Positions 61,627 to 64,000 of a stretch of 64,000 bases of DNA are shown in pieces. The DNA is taken from NCBI RefSeq assembly GCF_002854065.1, contig NZ_CP024147.1, one strand, 5' to 3'. Numbering within the stretch: position 1 is the stretch's first letter; every line of letters begins with the position of its first letter. The DNA is from Escherichia coli (GTDB lineage Bacteria; Pseudomonadota; Gammaproteobacteria; Enterobacterales; Enterobacteriaceae). The translations under genes and the position numbers were made by a program. A model generated the notes under the pieces. It worked only from the letters and a program-made list of their open reading frames with translations. It did not search any database and was not told the origin of the DNA.

Positions 61627-62334
61627 ATGAATACCCAACTTAAATACGGGAGAACCTGGCATTATCCTTTCTCCCCCGGCACCACCAGCGATGACCGCAT
61701 TAACGCCGATTACTGGCAGGATTTACAGGCCATCGCGCAACTGGTGCATACAGAAAAACTCGACGGCGAAAATAACTGCCTTAACCGCTACGGTGTGTTT
61801 GCCCGTTCCCATGCCGCGCCTACGCAGTCGGCATGGACCTATAAAATTCGCCAGCGTTGGCAACTGCTGAAAAACGATCTCGGCGACCTGGAGTTGTTTG
61901 GCGAAAATCTCTACGCCGTTCATTCCATTGAATACCGCGCGCTGGAACAGGACTTTTACCTGTTTGCCGTTCGCTGCCAGGATATGTGGCTGAGCTGGGA
62001 AGAGGTGCAGTTTTACGCCGCCCTGTTTGATTTCCCCTGCGTTCCCGAAATCTCCGGCCCGCAGCCGGGGAATGATGAAAAAAGCTGGCAACGTGATTTT
62101 CTGGCACTGACCAATGCGCGCGGCGCGTTCGATCCCTGGGATACACAAACCGGGCAACCCTGTACTCTGGAAGGCATTGTCAGCCGGAATCGTGATGCGT
62201 TTTCCGTCGCTGACTTTTCGCATAACGTCTTCAAGTATGTGCGCAAAAATCATGTCAAAACCACTGTGCACTGGAAACGACACTGGCAACGGGCGCGGAT
62301 GGCCCATGAGTTCGCTTATGGAGAACAGTCATGA
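61627..62334 (+). CDS. Putative ATP-dependent polynucleotide ligase (minimal covalent nucleotidyltransferase)
   Basis: 235-aa ORF with candidate nucleotidyltransferase motifs: [35 protein letters not shown]; ATG start; 4-nt ATGA overlap with the next gene. Confidence 0.7.
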   Translation: MNTQLKYGRTWHYPFSPGTTSDDRINADYWQDLQAIAQLVHTEKLDGENNCLNRYGVFARSHAAPTQSAWTYKIRQRWQLLKNDLGDLELFGENLYAVHSIEYRALEQDFYLFAVRCQDMWLSWEEVQFYAALFDFPCVPEISGPQPGNDEKSWQRDFLALTNARGAFDPWDTQTGQPCTLEGIVSRNRDAFSVADFSHNVFKYVRKNHVKTTVHWKRHWQRARMAHEFAYGEQS

Positions 62335-63443
62335 TTTGGCAGCTTACCGACGATAAACGCTGGTCGACACTACGCCAGCGTTTCAGTTGGGTTGAGGAGA
62401 TGCATCACACGCCACAAGACCCGGAGCATCATGGTGAAGGTGACGTCGGCGTGCATACCGAAATGGTGCTTAACGCCCTTGTTACTCAGCCAGAATTCCA
62501 GCAACTCCCCGCTCAACAGCAGGAAGTTTTATGGGCGGCGGCGTTATTACATGATGTTGAAAAGCGCAGCACTACCGTGCAGGAAAACGGACGTATTCAG
62601 TCGCCGGGCCATGCTCGTCGGGGCGAACTGACGGCCCGGCTGATTTTGTGGCGCGATATCCCAACGCCGTTCGTGCTGCGCGAGCAAATCGTTGCGCTGG
62701 TGCGTCTGCATGGGTTACCGCTATGGTTACTGGAACGTCCGGAACCGGAGCGTTTGTTGCTCACGGCTGCAATGCGCATCGACACGCGTCTGCTCACTTT
62801 GCTTGCTCGTGCCGATCTGCTTGGTCGCCAAAGCCCGGATCAGCAATCAATGCTGGAACGCATCGATCTGTTCGAGCTGTTTTGCCAGGAGCAACAGTGT
62901 TGGGGAAAAGTGCGCTCGTTCGTGTCTGATTCCGCACGCTGGCATTACCTGACCCATGAGCAAAGTTCTCCTGATTTTGTTCCCTGGGAGGCTGAACCTT
63001 TTGAGGGCATTTTGCTGTGTGGCTTACCGGGTATGGGCAAAGATCGCTATATCAATGAACAGTGCCAGGGAATGGACGTTATCAGCCTTGATGATATGCG
63101 GCGGCGAATCAATGCCAATCCGGACGACAAAACCGCCACCGGGCGTATTGTGCAACAGGCAAAAGAAGAGGCACGCGTTTTTTTACGCCAGAAAAAGCCG
63201 TTCATCTGGAATGCAACGAACTTTACCCGCCAGCTTCGTAGCCAGCTCATCAGCCTGTTTACGGCTTACGGCGCACGAGTAAAAATAGTTTATCTTGAAG
63301 TGCCATGGGCGCAATGGAAGCAGCAAAATGCCAGACGCGAGTATGCAGTTCCTGAAGCGGTCGTGATGCGGATGGCCTCAAGGCTGGAAGTTCCTCAACC
63401 TGATGAAGCACATAGCGTGGAGTATCGGGTGATTGAAAGGTAA
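62331..63443 (+). CDS. Putative HD-domain phosphoesterase fused to a 5-prime-OH polynucleotide-kinase-like P-loop domain
   Basis: 370-aa ORF: N-terminal HD signature ([10 protein letters not shown] ... LLHDVEK ... D), C-terminal P-loop GLPGMGKD followed by ISLDDMRRR and TRQLR, resembling polynucleotide kinase catalytic motifs. Confidence 0.7.
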   Translation: MIWQLTDDKRWSTLRQRFSWVEEMHHTPQDPEHHGEGDVGVHTEMVLNALVTQPEFQQLPAQQQEVLWAAALLHDVEKRSTTVQENGRIQSPGHARRGELTARLILWRDIPTPFVLREQIVALVRLHGLPLWLLERPEPERLLLTAAMRIDTRLLTLLARADLLGRQSPDQQSMLERIDLFELFCQEQQCWGKVRSFVSDSARWHYLTHEQSSPDFVPWEAEPFEGILLCGLPGMGKDRYINEQCQGMDVISLDDMRRRINANPDDKTATGRIVQQAKEEARVFLRQKKPFIWNATNFTRQLRSQLISLFTAYGARVKIVYLEVPWAQWKQQNARREYAVPEAVVMRMASRLEVPQPDEAHSVEYRVIER

Positions 63444-63448
63444 AAAAA

Positions 63449-63473
63449 CCGGGCGGTGGTGTCACCTGCCCGG
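63449..63473. terminator. Bidirectional terminator between the HD-kinase gene and luxS
   Basis: ccgggcggtg-gtgt-cacctgcccgg with A7 upstream and T-rich downstream. Confidence 0.65.
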
Positions 63474-63491
63474 CTTCTTTTGTTCCACTGA

Positions 63492-64000
63492 CTAAATGTG
63501 CAGTTCCTGCAACTTCTCTTTCGGCAGCGCCAGTTCTTCGTTGCTGTTGATGCGCACGTCACGTTCCAGAATGCTACGCGCAATATCCTGCGCTTCCTGC
63601 AACGAGTGCATCTGGTAAGTGCCACACTGGTAGACGTTCAGTTCCGGGATCTGATTCTGATCCTGCACTTTCAGCACGTCTTCCATTGCCGCTTTCCAGG
63701 CATCAGCAACACGCTGCTCATCTGGCGTACCAATCAGACTCATATAAAAACCGGTGCGGCAGCCCATTGGCGAGATATCGATAATCTCTACACCATTACC
63801 GTTAAGATGGTTACGCATAAAACCAGCAAACAGGTGCTCCAGGGTATGGATCCCTCTTTCTGGCATCACTTCTTTGTTCGGCACGCAGAAGCGCAGATCG
63901 AACACGGTGATTGCGTCGCCATGCGGGGTGTTCATTGTTTTCGCCACCCGAACTGCAGGCGCTTCCATCCGGGTATGATCGACTGTGAAGCTATCTAACA
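63492..64000 (-). CDS. luxS: S-ribosylhomocysteine lyase LuxS (partial; N-terminus beyond the window end)
   Basis: Translation ...[59 protein letters not shown]... to ...EKLQELHI-stop; start codon would lie just past position 64000. Confidence 0.9.

Noticed and set aside
61723-62307. 194-aa minus-strand ORF opposite the ligase-like gene
   Set aside because: The plus-strand frame has the ordered ligase motifs and a coupled downstream gene; the minus-strand frame has no recognisable features.

Overview
This window reads as an Escherichia coli chromosomal segment, largely syntenic with K-12 from the rrnG ribosomal operon to luxS. All identifications rest on reading the sequence and the ORF track against recalled E. 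coli protein and RNA sequences; no database search was run. CDS coordinates are taken from the ORF track with start codons adjusted; hand-counted sites (promoters, hairpins, repeats) may be off by 1-2 nt. Core content, in order: rrnG (5S, 23S, tRNA-Glu, 16S; minus strand) with P1/P2 promoters and boxA; clpB, yfiH, rluD, bamD, raiA, pheL-pheA, tyrA, aroF, yfiL, yfiR-dgcN-yfiB, rplS-trmD-rimM-rpsP, ffh, ypjD, yfjD, grpE, nadK, recN, bamE, ratB-ratA, smpB, ssrA (tmRNA); then csiD-lhgO-gabDTP-csiR, ygaU, yqaE, ygaV-ygaP, stpA, alaE, ygaC, ygaM, nrdHIEF, proVWX, ygaY, ygaZ-ygaH, mprA-emrAB and the 3-prime part of luxS. Three places differ from my recollection of the K-12 reference. (1) At ssrA only a P4-type integrase remains of the prophage usually found there, followed by an IS1 with no target-site duplication and a 5-prime-truncated GH13 (alpha-amylase-like) gene. 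(2) A divergent MocR-type regulator plus carboxymuconolactone-decarboxylase (AhpD-like) gene pair sits between ygaM and nrdH. (3) A translationally coupled two-gene cassette sits between emrB and luxS: a minimal ATP-dependent ligase-like nucleotidyltransferase followed by an HD phosphoesterase fused to a P-loop polynucleotide-kinase-like domain. The third is the most interesting candidate: it looks like a nucleic-acid end-healing and end-sealing (RNA repair) module. The enzyme family is known from other bacteria, so it is a candidate accessory system here rather than a new fold. No CRISPR array and no intact prophage were found.
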